The notes beneath the pieces were generated by a model. That model searched no databases and was not told where the DNA came from. It saw only the letters and a program-made list of their open reading frames with translations. 64,000 bases of DNA. Source: an uncultured Gemmatimonadaceae bacterium (lineage in GTDB: Bacteria > Gemmatimonadota > Gemmatimonadetes > Gemmatimonadales > Gemmatimonadaceae). The position numbers and the translations under genes are program-made. The stretch covers positions 64,001-128,000 of the forward strand of contig CAWBOC010000002.1 of NCBI GenBank assembly GCA_963790305.1, read 5' to 3'. Below are positions 21,498 through 32,059 of this stretch, piece after piece. The stretch's first letter is position 1. Each line of letters starts with the position of its first letter.

Positions 21498-21989
21498 TCA
21501 GATCATCACTGCAGAAGCCCACGACGTTACTACCTGACTCGCGGATGTAGAACTCCGTGGTGCCGTAGAACGTGTCGTGCCGCGCCTTGACCACCGGGGC
21601 TCCCTGTGTCTGCCGCTCGATCGTGTCGAGGTCGCGAAGGACGGAACGGTGATGAAGAGCGCCGCGCTGCGGCCAGTCAGCTCCGTGCCGACGTCGGATC
21701 GTCGGCAATGACCTGGCGCGGGTCTGGTACATGATCTCGACGCCATCTTTCTTGACGCTGGCGAAGATGAGCTTTCTGGCCGGACCGGGCACCTCGTTCT
21801 CCTGGCAAAGCCCAGTCGGTCCGTCCAAAACTCCACCGAAGGACCAACGGCATTGACGATGAGGACCGGCGCGAGTGCAGTCAGGGCATATGAAGGGATT
21901 GGCATGGCTTCTCTCCTGACCGAGGGTTGAGCGATGAGTATCGCAGGAGCGAGCGAAAAAGCGATGATGGACAGTGCGGGCGTACGCAT
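21498..21989 (-). pseudogene. VOC/glyoxalase-family gene with several frameshifts
   Basis: LAPVLIV..SVEFWTDRLGF, FASVKKDGVEIMYQ and VVKARHDTFYGTTEFYIRE..NVVGF lie in different frames. Confidence 0.75.
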
Positions 21990-22090
21990 GGGTTTGTTGC
22001 CTCGGGGTAACCAGCGATATCTATACTCGACTGAACGGTGGATAATGCCATCCAGTCCCTGTGTGGAAACAGGATAGGGGCTCGGGACTC

Positions 22091-22108
22091 GTATTGGAAA
22101 AATCCGAC
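22091..22108 (-). promoter_or_regulatory. Candidate operator for the adjacent AraC regulator (GTCGGATTTTTCCAATAC)
   Basis: AT-rich box between the divergent VOC and AraC genes; assignment is inference only. Confidence 0.3.
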
Positions 22109-22143
22109 GTGGAGCCGATCAATCGAATCAGAGGTATGTCGAA

Positions 22144-22938
22144 GTGCCGCCGCCGCCCTCCCTGGCGCACCTCGTCGCGTGCCTCTGGGAGATGCGCATT
22201 CCAACGATTGCGGAAAAGCGCGTGCGCATCCTTCCCAACGCCTGCATCGACATTGTGGTCTACGCCAGCGACACGTCGCACGGCGAGGGGACGGCCGGGA
22301 TCGTCGCGCCGCCGCATTGCAGCTTCGTCGTCGGATCGACCTTGCGGAGCTTGATCGTTCGCAGCGTAGGCTGGAGGCATATCGTGGGCGCGTCGCTGCT
22401 TCCGGCCGGCGTTCAACCGCTCCTTGGTGTACCGGCCCGCCTCATTGGTGAAAGCATCGCGCTACTAGACGACATCATCGGCTCGAGCGCGGTCGAAATG
22501 GAAGAGCGCATATTGTCGACGACCGGCGATCGCGCCCTCTCGCGGATGGCCGATGCCCTGGTCCGCCTGCGCGCGTCCCGAGAAGTTCACCCCGTGATTG
22601 CGCGCGCCGTCCACTCGGTCCGGACTGCGGGCGGTCAGAAGCGGATGGACGCGCTGGCGAACGAGACGAACCTCTCCACGCGGCAGCTCGAGCGCGCATT
22701 TCTCGAGCACGTCGGGCTCAGCCCGAAAACATATTCCCGGCTGGTGCGCTTCGATCGCGCCGTACGCGGGATCGGCGCTCGCGGCACGTTGCCCTGGTCG
22801 CAATTCGCACTGGCTCACGGGTACAGCGACCAGGCACATTCGATCAACGAGTTCAAAGAGTTCGCCGGGATCACGCCGGCGCAATTCGAGAGCGAGCTGG
22901 CGACAGGGGAGCTTCGGCCTGTAGTAGTTGACCTATAG
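22144..22938 (+). CDS. AraC family transcriptional regulator (DUF6597-like N-terminus)
   Basis: RILPNACIDIV and LSTRQLERAF..VGLSPK..R..RF...GYSDQAH..EFKEFAG.TP; native start unclear. Confidence 0.85.
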   Translation: MPPPPSLAHLVACLWEMRIPTIAEKRVRILPNACIDIVVYASDTSHGEGTAGIVAPPHCSFVVGSTLRSLIVRSVGWRHIVGASLLPAGVQPLLGVPARLIGESIALLDDIIGSSAVEMEERILSTTGDRALSRMADALVRLRASREVHPVIARAVHSVRTAGGQKRMDALANETNLSTRQLERAFLEHVGLSPKTYSRLVRFDRAVRGIGARGTLPWSQFALAHGYSDQAHSINEFKEFAGITPAQFESELATGELRPVVVDL

Positions 22939-22987
22939 GCAACGGCCGAGGTTCGATGATCTAAACCCGTGATTCCGGAAACGGAAG

Positions 22988-23200
22988 GTGACCGAAACCC
23001 TCTGGCACGACGTCAAATTCGCTCGGCGCAAACTCGCGCGGGCGCCGCTGCTGGTCGCGGTCGGCGGCTGTCGATCGCACTCGGCATACCCGCGACGACG
23101 TCGGTGTTCACGATCGTCAATGCGGCCCCGCTCCGTCCGCCGCCGATCGACCACGCGGACCGGCTCGCCATTCACGAGATCACCGTACCGCGACCGACTT
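22988..23200 (+). pseudogene. 5' remnant of a MacB/ADOP-type ABC permease
   Basis: ETLWHDVKFARRKLARAP, then in another frame LSIALGIPATTSVFTIVNA.PLRPPP..ADRL; rest of gene absent. Confidence 0.7.
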
Positions 23201-23496
23201 CGGAGATTTTTTCATGTTCAGGCGCGCTGTTTCTACGATCGTCTCTTTCCACGAGTGCGCTGGCTGCTTCTGGATGCGCCGCAGGGAGAATATTTCATTG
23301 TCGGGATCGCGCGCGATCTGGGGCTTCGACCGCAACCTCGACGTGCGACCCGCCGTACTGCGATCCGACGCAGCTCAACTCGTGGCTCCCCTCACCGAGG
23401 CCCTCGCTCTCGCCGCAGTTCAACTGGCAAGCGGCCAACCCAGGTGAGAGTCGATGAGATCAACCGGGCCATCGCGGGAGCCCAGGATTGTGCAGC

Positions 23497-24058
23497 ATGA
23501 GCACTCCCGTTTCCTTTGAGTGGGATTGGCAGCGAGCCGAATACTTCGCGGCCGAGCGCGAATGCGGGCCACGCGCCGGCGCGGCCTCGAGCCGCACGTC
23601 GGCTCCTCGTGCTGTCGGCGATTGGTTTCGCCCTGTTCGTGTTCGCCTATTGGTCTCGCGGCATTCTGACGCCTCACACTGCGGTCGTCCTTGTCCTTCT
23701 CACTTTTGGACTTCCGTGGCTGGGCTCGTTTCGGGGAATGGATCGCGCCACGCATTCGCGCTCGGCGGTTTGCACGAAGCTGTTTACCCGCCTATGGACG
23801 TACCGCGGCAGCGCTCGATAACACTGGGCTCACGCTCCGGTGGCAGGATAGCAGCGTACAGCTTGGCTGGACGACGTTCACGAGATTCGCTGAGACGGTC
23901 GAGTTCATCCGCTTTATCAGTCGCCCAAGTCGGCCATTTTCCTGCCTAAGCGTGCTATGCAAGCGGACGAGGTCGACACGGTACGCGCACTCGCTCAAGG
24001 TGGAATGGCGGGGCGTGGAATCGAGGTGCCAAAACCAGCTGGCGAACGTGGGCGTTAG
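23497..24058 (+). pseudogene. YcxB-like membrane protein, multiply frameshifted
   Basis: Two TM segments, LDNTGLTL..SSVQLGWTTFTRFAET and FLPKRA spread over several frames; ends at TAG within GTTAGAC. Confidence 0.6.
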
Positions 24059-24103
24059 ACAACAGCCGGGCATCGTAGACCTGTAGCCCTTGCGCACGCT
24101 TCC

Positions 24104-24526
24104 GTGACCGCGTCTCCATTGATCTCCACACGCCTCTCCTGGCTCAGTGCGATACTGCTCCTGCTGGGTGGCCTCGCGCTCCTCTTCGCCTCGGACACCA
24201 TCCTCCCGCGCCTCATTCCGTCTTTTCCGGCGGCTGGTGCTTGGCTGGGGCAGGTCCTGGCCGCCACCTGGCTTGCCATCGCGACCCTCAACTGGCTGAG
24301 CCGCTCCGTGTTGCTCGGCGGGATCTACGGCCGCCCCGTTGTCCTGACCAATGCCGTGCTCTACTTCATCACCGCGATAGTGCTGCTCAAGATCGTCACG
24401 TGGGCCGCCGCTCCGGCCGCGCTCTGGCTGGTCGTCGTCCTGACCGTACTCCTCGCCGGGGCCTACGGCTGGCTCCTCTTTCGCGGCCCGCTTGAGCGCG
24501 ATTTCGAGGTTTCCCGTCGCTCGTAG
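24104..24526 (+). CDS. Small 4-TM membrane protein
   Basis: Hydrophobic 140-aa ORF with GGIYGRPVVLTN motif. Confidence 0.75.
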   Translation: MTASPLISTRLSWLSAILLLLGGLALLFASDTILPRLIPSFPAAGAWLGQVLAATWLAIATLNWLSRSVLLGGIYGRPVVLTNAVLYFITAIVLLKIVTWAAAPAALWLVVVLTVLLAGAYGWLLFRGPLERDFEVSRRS

Positions 24527-24585
24527 TGCGGCGAGAGGGGGGCGTGGACTGCCAGGCCTTCGCCGAAGCGCCTGTGGCCCCTGCT

Positions 24586-24664
24586 GTCTAACGTGCGGTG
24601 CAGCCAACGAGCACATTAAGGAGGCGGCTTCGCCGCTTGGTTATTGGTGCTCGTGCGGTTAGGC
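24586..24664 (+). mobile_element. Degenerate integron attC-like site
   Basis: GTCTAAC (RYYYAAC) ... ACGAGCAC/GTGCTCGT stem ... GTTAGGC (GTTRRRY); the L' box appears to be missing. Confidence 0.5.
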
Positions 24665-24737
24665 GGCGCCCCGAGCGTTGCGACGATCCAGCCTAGGCGG
24701 CAGCCCTCGCGCGCGTCTGTGCACCTCGGAGACTTTC

Positions 24738-25157
24738 ATGAAGCTCTACACGTACCTCAACTACGGCGGCAACTGTCGCCAGGCGTTCGAGTTCTACGTC
24801 CAGCACCTCGGCGGCAAAATCACGGAGATCACCACGCACGGCGAGATGCCGGAGGCGAGCAACCCGCCGCCAAACTGGAGGGACGCCGTCCTCCACGCGC
24901 GGATGACACTCGGCGAGACGGTCCTTCTCGGAGCGGACATCCCGCCGGACCGTTTTCAGCCCATGCGCAGTGCCTATCTCACGCTGATCGTGGATAGCAG
25001 CGCCGAAGCAGAACGCATTTACGACCTCCTGAAGGATGGCGGGCAGATCTTCATGCCCATGGAAGAAACCTTTTTTGCCCGCCGGTTCGCCATGCTCAGG
25101 GATCGGTTCGGGACATCGTGGATGTTGCTTCACGAGCACGCGCCGGCGAGCAAATAG
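24738..25157 (+). CDS. VOC family protein (PhnB-like)
   Basis: YLNYGGNCRQAFEFY, VLHARM and MPMEETFFARRFAMLRDRFGTSWM motifs. Confidence 0.9.
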   Translation: MKLYTYLNYGGNCRQAFEFYVQHLGGKITEITTHGEMPEASNPPPNWRDAVLHARMTLGETVLLGADIPPDRFQPMRSAYLTLIVDSSAEAERIYDLLKDGGQIFMPMEETFFARRFAMLRDRFGTSWMLLHEHAPASK

Positions 25158-25163
25158 CGATTC

Positions 25164-26483
25164 GTGAGTGAGCTCCGCCGCACGATGCGCCTCCCCGACG
25201 CCACCGCGATGGTGGTGGGGATCATCATCGGCGCCTCGATCTTCGTGCAGCCGTCGGAGATCACACGGCTCGTGCCCGACGCAGGCGGCATTGCGCTCGT
25301 CTGGGCGCTCGCCGGCGTCCTCACGCTCGTCGGTGCCTTGATCTGCGCCGAGCTCTCCTCGGCGTTCCCGCGCACGGGCGGCGTGTACGTGTTCCTGCGC
25401 GACATCTTCGGGCCGCCCGTGGGATTCCTCTGGGGCTGGGCGATGTTCTGGAGCATGCACACCGGCATCATCGCGGCGATCGCCGTCGTATTCGCGCGGT
25501 ACGTCGGCTATTTCGTTCCGCTCGGCACGACCGGAATCAGGATCGTCGCGGTGGCTGCGATCCTCGGTCTATCGGCCTTCAACTGTCTCGGGATCCGGCA
25601 CGGCAGCCGGCTCCAGACCATCGTCACCGGCGCCAAGCTCGCCGCCATCGTGTTGCTGATCGTCGGCGGCCTAACGATTGCGCCCGGCGGCGCAGCCACC
25701 GTCAGTGCCCCCGCGGATTTCGGGACATCCGACATCCTGCTCGGACTGGTGGCTGGGCTCTTTGCCTTTGGCGGCTGGCACATGGTGACCTACACCGCCG
25801 GCGAGACGGTGCATCCCGAACGCACGATCCCACGATCTCTCGTGCTTGGCACGCTGATCGTCACCGTCTGTTACATCGCCCTGAACGCCATCTATCTGCG
25901 AGTGCTGTCGATCGACGGTGTCACCGCTTCCACCCGTATTGCGGCGGATGCCGCCGAAGCGCTCGTCGGTCCCGTCGGCGCGACGCTGGTCGCGATTCTG
26001 GTCATCCTCTCCACATTCGGTGCCGTCAACGGCATCATCCTCGCCGGCCCGCGTGTCTACTTTTCGATGGCCAATGACGGCCTGTTCCTCAAGTGGGCAG
26101 CGACGGTACATCCCGGTTTCGGCACGCCCGTCCGAGCCATCGCTCTCCAGGGCCTATGGGCGTGCGCATTGGTGATGACCGATACCTACCGCGGCCTGTT
26201 CACGCGCGTCGTGTACACCGAGTGGATTTTCTTTGGCCTGCTCGCCGTCGGCGTGATACTCCTTCGGAGACGGCCTGGCTACGCACCACCGTTCCGCATG
26301 CCGTGGGCTCCCGTGCTGGCGTTAGGCTTCGCCGCGTCGTGCATCGCAATCGTCGTCAATCAGGTTCTCTCGGACCCCGTGAATAGCTTCATCGGGCTGG
26401 CGGCGGTCGTGGCCGGCCTGCCCGTGTATTACTTCTGGGTTGCCCCGCGGATGCGCGACACACGAGGAGCCATCGCGACGTGA
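25164..26483 (+). CDS. APC family amino acid permease
   Basis: GIIIGASIF, AELSSAFPRTGGVY and FAFGGW motifs; about 12 TM helices. Confidence 0.92.
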   Translation: MSELRRTMRLPDATAMVVGIIIGASIFVQPSEITRLVPDAGGIALVWALAGVLTLVGALICAELSSAFPRTGGVYVFLRDIFGPPVGFLWGWAMFWSMHTGIIAAIAVVFARYVGYFVPLGTTGIRIVAVAAILGLSAFNCLGIRHGSRLQTIVTGAKLAAIVLLIVGGLTIAPGGAATVSAPADFGTSDILLGLVAGLFAFGGWHMVTYTAGETVHPERTIPRSLVLGTLIVTVCYIALNAIYLRVLSIDGVTASTRIAADAAEALVGPVGATLVAILVILSTFGAVNGIILAGPRVYFSMANDGLFLKWAATVHPGFGTPVRAIALQGLWACALVMTDTYRGLFTRVVYTEWIFFGLLAVGVILLRRRPGYAPPFRMPWAPVLALGFAASCIAIVVNQVLSDPVNSFIGLAAVVAGLPVYYFWVAPRMRDTRGAIAT

Positions 26484-27457
26484 TCGTAGACTTTCACAAC
26501 CACTACTACCCTCCGGCTTACCTCGAGGCCATCAAGGCTGGCGGACTCAAGGTCAAGATGGACTACGACGCCGAGAAGAACCCGCGCCTCCATTACCCCG
26601 GCGACTACAACATCCTCGTCCCCGGCCATCGCGACCTCGACTTCCGCGAAGGGGTCCTCGACGACCAGGGGGTAACGCACCAGGTCCTGACGTTCACCAC
26701 CCCTGGCGTGCACTACGAAGAGCCGGCGACAGCCGTCCGCCTGGCGCGAATCGTCAACGATGCATTTGCGGCCGAAGTTTCGCGGCGAAAGCATTTCACG
26801 GCGCTCGCCACGCTTCCTCTCAACGACCCTCGAGCCTCGGTCGCGGAGCTCGAGCGGGCGATTCGCGAGCTCGGCCTTCGGGGCGCGATGGTATTCAGCA
26901 ACGTGAATGGCACCGGGCTCGACGAAGCCGTCTACATGCCGCTCTGGGAAAAAGCGAATGAGCTTGGCGCGGTCATCTACATCCACCCCGCGCATCCGCT
27001 GGGTGTCGAGGCAATGGAGAAGTACTGGCTCATGCCGCTCGTCGGCTTCCTGATGGACACCACGCTGGCGGCGGGGAAGCTCGTGTTCAGCGGAATCGTC
27101 GAGCGCTTCCCACGCATCACCTGGGTGCTCACGCACATGGGAGGCGCCGTGCCCTACCTCGCGGAGCGCATGGATCGAGGCTACGAGGCGTTCGCGGAGT
27201 GCCGTGCCAACATCAAGCAGAAGCCGAGCGCCTACCTGAAGCGCTTCTACTACGATACGGTCAACTTCGACAACGCGGCACAGCGACTGGCGCTCGAGTT
27301 CGCCGGCGTGGACCACATCGTGGCCGGCAGCGACTACCCACACCAGATCGGGAGCATCCCGAAGATGCTGTCGAGCATTCGCAATCTTTCCCTCACGGAC
27401 GCAGAGCGCGCGAAGATCCTCGGCGGGAACGCCGCGCGGCTCCTGGACCTCACATGA
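26480..27457 (+). CDS. Amidohydrolase-2 family protein (ACMSD/decarboxylase-like)
   Basis: VDFHNH, IYIHP, THMGGAVP, FYYDT and GSDYPH motifs. Confidence 0.9.
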   Translation: MIVDFHNHYYPPAYLEAIKAGGLKVKMDYDAEKNPRLHYPGDYNILVPGHRDLDFREGVLDDQGVTHQVLTFTTPGVHYEEPATAVRLARIVNDAFAAEVSRRKHFTALATLPLNDPRASVAELERAIRELGLRGAMVFSNVNGTGLDEAVYMPLWEKANELGAVIYIHPAHPLGVEAMEKYWLMPLVGFLMDTTLAAGKLVFSGIVERFPRITWVLTHMGGAVPYLAERMDRGYEAFAECRANIKQKPSAYLKRFYYDTVNFDNAAQRLALEFAGVDHIVAGSDYPHQIGSIPKMLSSIRNLSLTDAERAKILGGNAARLLDLT

Positions 27458-28896
27458 AATGGCCCGCGCGAGCAGCAGTGCTCGTGGCGTTCTCGACACC
27501 CGCCGTCTCACTCGCTGCCCAAAACAGCAGGCTGTCGGCCGCCGACTCGGCACTCATTGGGCGCATCCTTCTCGCCGAGGATCGGCGCGATTCCACGGAT
27601 GGCGCGCTCGCGGAGGGATCGCGGCACGCGGATGGACGCGTGCGCCTCCTCGCACGCCGCGCTGAGGGCCGCATCCGGGATCCGCGATTCAGCGCGCGCG
27701 ATTCCCTCGCGCCGGGTCGCGCGCCCATGGTATGGCCCGAGCCCGCGTGGCGGCTGCGATATCGCGCCGTGACCGCTCGGCGTGGCGAGTGTGCGGTTCT
27801 CCGCTCGGCGCTTGCCGACAGCGCCTGGCCCGTTAGGCTTCACGCCGTCGGTCTGATCGGTCCGCAGTGCACGACGGACGACTCGCTTGCCTTGGTACTG
27901 CGCCAATGGGTCGACGCGCTCCCTGCCGCCCCCGCTCGGCGGTCAACGGGGGGAGTATCGTGGCACCCAGCGGCACACGCCATCGTTGCCCTCGCACGCG
28001 TGCGTCCGAACGAAGCGCGACCGCGCGTTCGCCGGCTCGCGAGGCATCGGCAGTGGCACGTGCGCAGCTACGCCGCGCGCGCGGCCGCGACGCTGTCGGA
28101 CACGCTCACCCTGCGAGCCCTCGCTCGCGACACGAGCGACAACGTAAAGGAAGTCGCTATTGAATCGTTGGCAAAGCTCACGGGTCACGTCGACGACGAG
28201 GCCTTCCTCGCCGCGCTGCGGGCCAATGGTGCGCAGGCGGTGCGAGCTGCCGCACTCGCGCTCAAGGGCTCTTCGCGCGCGGACGTCGCCGCGGCCGCCA
28301 ACGCTACGTTCGAGCGGTGGGTCGCTCGTGCCAACGCTTCCGAGCGGGACGTGCGCATCGCCCTGCTCGAGGCGGCTGGGCGTCCGGCGAGCGACGACCG
28401 CCCGCCTCCCGTTCGCGTCGAGCTTCCAGCACAGGCGGTCGCCCTCGCCCTCGGCGCCAATGTACGGTTGCGCGTGACGATGGCGCCGTCGAGCGGTGGC
28501 GGGTCGTTCCTGGTGCGACTGCGTGGCGACGTCGCGCCGATGATGGCCGCACGGATTCTCGCCCTGGCACGGGCACGGTACTACGACGGGCTCAGCTGGC
28601 ATCGCGTGGAGCACGATTTCGTGATTCAGGGAGGAAGTCCCGACGCCAACGAGTACGTGGGGTTGGCGCAGTATCTTCGCGACGAGCTTGGCACGGTGCC
28701 TCACGTGCGAGGCACCGTCGGAATGAGCACGCGCGGGCACGACACCGGGGATGCGCAGTGGTTCGTCAACCTGAAGGACAACCTGCGCCTCAACGCCGAC
28801 TACACGGTGTTTGCGGAGGTCGTCGACGGCATCGACGTCGTCGATGGCATTCTCGAGGGCGACGTGATGGCGAAGGTGACCGTAGCGAGACCGTGA
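27454..28896 (+). CDS. Secreted HEAT-repeat protein fused to a C-terminal cyclophilin PPIase domain
   Basis: Signal peptide, Ala/Arg-rich helical repeats, YYDGLSWHRVEHDFVIQGG, RGTVGMSTRGHDTG.AQWFVNL and YTVFAEV. Confidence 0.85.
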   Translation: MKWPARAAVLVAFSTPAVSLAAQNSRLSAADSALIGRILLAEDRRDSTDGALAEGSRHADGRVRLLARRAEGRIRDPRFSARDSLAPGRAPMVWPEPAWRLRYRAVTARRGECAVLRSALADSAWPVRLHAVGLIGPQCTTDDSLALVLRQWVDALPAAPARRSTGGVSWHPAAHAIVALARVRPNEARPRVRRLARHRQWHVRSYAARAAATLSDTLTLRALARDTSDNVKEVAIESLAKLTGHVDDEAFLAALRANGAQAVRAAALALKGSSRADVAAAANATFERWVARANASERDVRIALLEAAGRPASDDRPPPVRVELPAQAVALALGANVRLRVTMAPSSGGGSFLVRLRGDVAPMMAARILALARARYYDGLSWHRVEHDFVIQGGSPDANEYVGLAQYLRDELGTVPHVRGTVGMSTRGHDTGDAQWFVNLKDNLRLNADYTVFAEVVDGIDVVDGILEGDVMAKVTVARP

Positions 28897-29432
28897 GCAG
28901 CAGCGTTGCCATTCTAGCGATTGTGGGCGCGTCTGGCGTCGGGAAGACGACGGTGCTCCACCTGCTGACAGCGCGTCGCCTTCCCGGCGTCGGGTGCTAT
29001 CACTTCGACAGTATCGGCGTGCCGTCTCCGGAGGCAATGAGCCGCGAATTCGGCGGTCCCGAGAACTGGCAGGCAGCGATGACCGACCGATGGATCGAGC
29101 GACTCGCGGCGAACGACGATGGCGTTGACGTCGCCGTTCTCGAAGGGCAGACTCGACCTTCATTCCTCGCGGCCGCGTTCACTCGCTGCGGCGTCGAACG
29201 CGGGGACATTGTGCTGCTCGATTGCTCACCCGACGAGCGGCATGTGCGGTTGCACGGTCCGCGGTCCCAGCCGGAGCTGGCAACGCCTCGGATGGATTCA
29301 TGGGCGGCGTACCTTCGCGGGCAGGCGGATGCGCTTGGCATTGCCGTCTACGATACCACCAGCACGGAGCCGGCAACGGTCGCGGATGCTCTCGCGAAAC
29401 ACGTCGAGACGCTGCGTCGCGTCGGGCGCTAA
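28893..29432 (+). CDS. P-loop nucleoside-monophosphate-kinase-like protein
   Basis: Walker A GASGVGKT, HFDSIGVP and VLEGQ; GTG overlaps the previous stop. Confidence 0.8.
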   Translation: MSSSVAILAIVGASGVGKTTVLHLLTARRLPGVGCYHFDSIGVPSPEAMSREFGGPENWQAAMTDRWIERLAANDDGVDVAVLEGQTRPSFLAAAFTRCGVERGDIVLLDCSPDERHVRLHGPRSQPELATPRMDSWAAYLRGQADALGIAVYDTTSTEPATVADALAKHVETLRRVGR

Positions 29433-29483
29433 CGCCTTCGACTCTCTCCACTCGGTATGAACCCTCATTATGGAGCTCTCGAT

Positions 29484-30140
29484 ATGTCGGAAGGTCTCAG
29501 GCGCAAACTGACCGTCGTGTCCCTGTGCGTGATCGCGATCGCCTGCTCGAAGGACTCGTCGCCGCCGCGATCCGATTCCGCCGCTCCTGCACCGTCGGAC
29601 GCGGCGCCCGCAGCGCCCGATTCGTTCCGAGTGGCTTTCGAGACGACGCGCGGCAACTTCGTCGTCGACGTCATCCGCGCATGGTCCCCTCGAGGAGCCG
29701 ACCGTTTCCATCAGCTCGTCGACGCCGGATACTTCACGGACGTTGCCTTCATCCGCGTTCTGCCGGGATTCGTCGCGCAGTTCGGAATGCATGGCGATCC
29801 GAACGTGAATCGCCGCTGGGAACGCCCAATCGCCGACGACCCGGTCGTCCAGAGCAACAAGCGAGGGACGATCGTCTTCGCCACCAGCGGTCCGAACACG
29901 CGTGGCAATCAGTTCTTCATCAACTTCTCCGACAACGCGAGGCTCGACGGGATGGGGTTCTCTCCATTCGGCCGCGTGGTGGAAGGCATGAGCGTCGTCG
30001 ACTCGATCTACGCCGGTTATGGTGAGACGCCCGACCAGTCCCGCGTTGGCGCGGAGGGCAACGCATACCTCAAGCGAGAATTCCCCCGGCTCGACTACAT
30101 CGAGTCGGCGAGAATCGTCAGTCCCGCACTGAACCCTTGA
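29484..30140 (+). CDS. Cyclophilin-type peptidyl-prolyl isomerase lipoprotein
   Basis: Lipobox IAIAC; FETTRGNF, RVLPGFVAQFG, NTRGNQFFINF and PFGRVVEGM motifs. Confidence 0.92.
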   Translation: MSEGLRRKLTVVSLCVIAIACSKDSSPPRSDSAAPAPSDAAPAAPDSFRVAFETTRGNFVVDVIRAWSPRGADRFHQLVDAGYFTDVAFIRVLPGFVAQFGMHGDPNVNRRWERPIADDPVVQSNKRGTIVFATSGPNTRGNQFFINFSDNARLDGMGFSPFGRVVEGMSVVDSIYAGYGETPDQSRVGAEGNAYLKREFPRLDYIESARIVSPALNP

Positions 30141-30183
30141 GTGCCGGGGCACGTAGGGTTCTATGCAATCACCAGGACTTCTC

Positions 30184-30504
30184 ATGGACCGACGCTCCAA
30201 GCTCTGGTTGGCGTTCGCTTCGCTCTTCAACCTCATTAACGCGGCCGGCGGGGGGTACGCCGTCGCGATGGGCGAGGAGCTCCATGGCGCGGTCCACGCC
30301 GGTCTGTTGATCGTCGGTTCCTTCTGGGCCTGGCGGCTCGCCACGCGCGCCGGGAAGCAGGATGCGCTGAGCCTGCCAAGTGGAGCGGCCCTGGAGCAGC
30401 TGCAGCAGTCGGTGGATGCGATCGCGCTCGAGGTCGAGCGTATCAGCGAGGCGCAGCGGTTTAGCGTGAAACTCCAGCAGCAGCGAGTCGAGCCGGACCG
30501 CTGA
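30184..30504 (+). CDS. Small membrane protein with C-terminal coiled coil
   Basis: Two TM helices, then LEQLQQSVDAIALEVERISEAQRF; AGGA RBS. Confidence 0.7.
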   Translation: MDRRSKLWLAFASLFNLINAAGGGYAVAMGEELHGAVHAGLLIVGSFWAWRLATRAGKQDALSLPSGAALEQLQQSVDAIALEVERISEAQRFSVKLQQQRVEPDR

Positions 30505-30537
30505 ATCGTTGACGAGCGGCGTTTTAGAGGCGACATC

Positions 30538-32059
30538 ATGCGCATGCCCATCGTGTGCCGCACTCTCGCGCCGGTACTGAGCCTCGCCCTGTTCGGGGAC
30601 GTTCTCGGCGCCCAGAGTCCCGTCGGGATGTTCGAGGGGCAAACCGACATTGGCCGCCCACGGCGCTCGGGATCCGTGTCATACGACGCGCAGCGCCAGT
30701 CATATCTGATTGCCGGCTCGGGTCGGAACATGTGGGACGACCGCGACGAGTTCCGGTTCGCGTGGAAGCGGATGACGGGCAACTTCATCCTCTCCACCCG
30801 GGCGCGTTTCATCGGTGCCGGAGTCGAGGAGCATCGGAAGATCGGCTGGACCATCCGTCCGTCGCTCGCAACCAACAGCGCGCACGTGAGCGCGGCGCTG
30901 CACGGCGACGGGCTGATGTCGCTCCAGTTCCGTCGAATCACCGGTGGGTTGACGGAGGAGTCCAGGTCACCCAGGAGCGTTCCGGATTCGGACGCGGTGA
31001 TCCAGCTCGAGCGGCGCGACGGCGTTTATCTCATGTCGGTGGCGCGTTTCGGCGACACGCTGGTCACGCAGGAGCTCGCCGGCGTGTCGCTTCCCGATAC
31101 GGTGTACGTCGGCCTGTTCGTGTGCGCGCACAACGACACCGTGGTGGAGCGGGCCGCGTTCAGCAACGTGCGCATCACCACGCCGGCCAAGCGGGGGTTC
31201 GTCCCGTATCGCGAGTACATCGGCAGCAACCTGGAAATCCTCGATGTCGCGACTGGCAATGCGACGATCGTGCATCGATACCGCGGATCATTTCAGGCGC
31301 CGAACTGGACTGCCGATGGCAAGGCGCTGATCTACGCGCAGGAGGGGCGCCTCCACCGCTTTGACCTCGAGACACGGGCGTCGACGGTGATCAACACGGG
31401 GTTCGCGACGCGCAACAACAACGATCACGTCCTTTCGTTCGACGGCCGGATGATGGGCATCAGTCATCACGCCGTCGAGGACAGTGGTGCGTCGATCATC
31501 TACACGCTGGCGGCGACCGGGGGCACCCCAACGCGTGTAACCACCAAGGGTCCATCGTACCTGCATGGCTGGTCCCCCGATGGTCGCTGGCTGGTCTACA
31601 CCGGCATTCGAGGCGACGAAGCAGACGTCTACAAGATTCCCGTCACCGGTGGCGACGAGGTGCGCCTAACGGCTGCACCCGGACTGGACGATGGAGCGGA
31701 GTTCTCCCCCGACGGTGCGTACATCTACTTCAACTCGTCGCGCAGCGGCCGGATGCAGATCTGGCGGATGCGCCCCGACGGCAGCGCACAGGAACAGGTC
31801 ACGGACGACGGCTTCAACAACTGGTTCCCGCACATCTCGCCGGACGGTAAGATGGATCGCGTTCCTCTCCTATCCGGCGTCCGTCGCTGCGGACGATCAT
31901 CCGTTCTACCAGCGTGTGCTGCTCCGGTTGATGCCCGTCGGTGGCGGCCCGTCGCGAGTCATCGCCTATGTGTATGGTGGCCAGGGAACGATCAACGTAC
32001 CGTCGTGGTCGCCTGACGGAAAGCGCCTGGCGTTCGTAAGCAACTCGAGGATGCGATGA
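30538..32059 (+). CDS. TolB-like PD40 beta-propeller protein; 1-bp frameshift near 31850
   Basis: WSPDG/FSPDG repeats; removing one base at 31849-31852 joins SPDGK to WIAFLSY...GGQGTINVPSWSPDGKRLAFVSN. Confidence 0.85.

Noticed and set aside
31845..31856. Programmed frameshift in the TolB-like gene
   Set aside because: No slippery heptamer or stimulatory structure seen; a single extra base is more likely an error or recent mutation.
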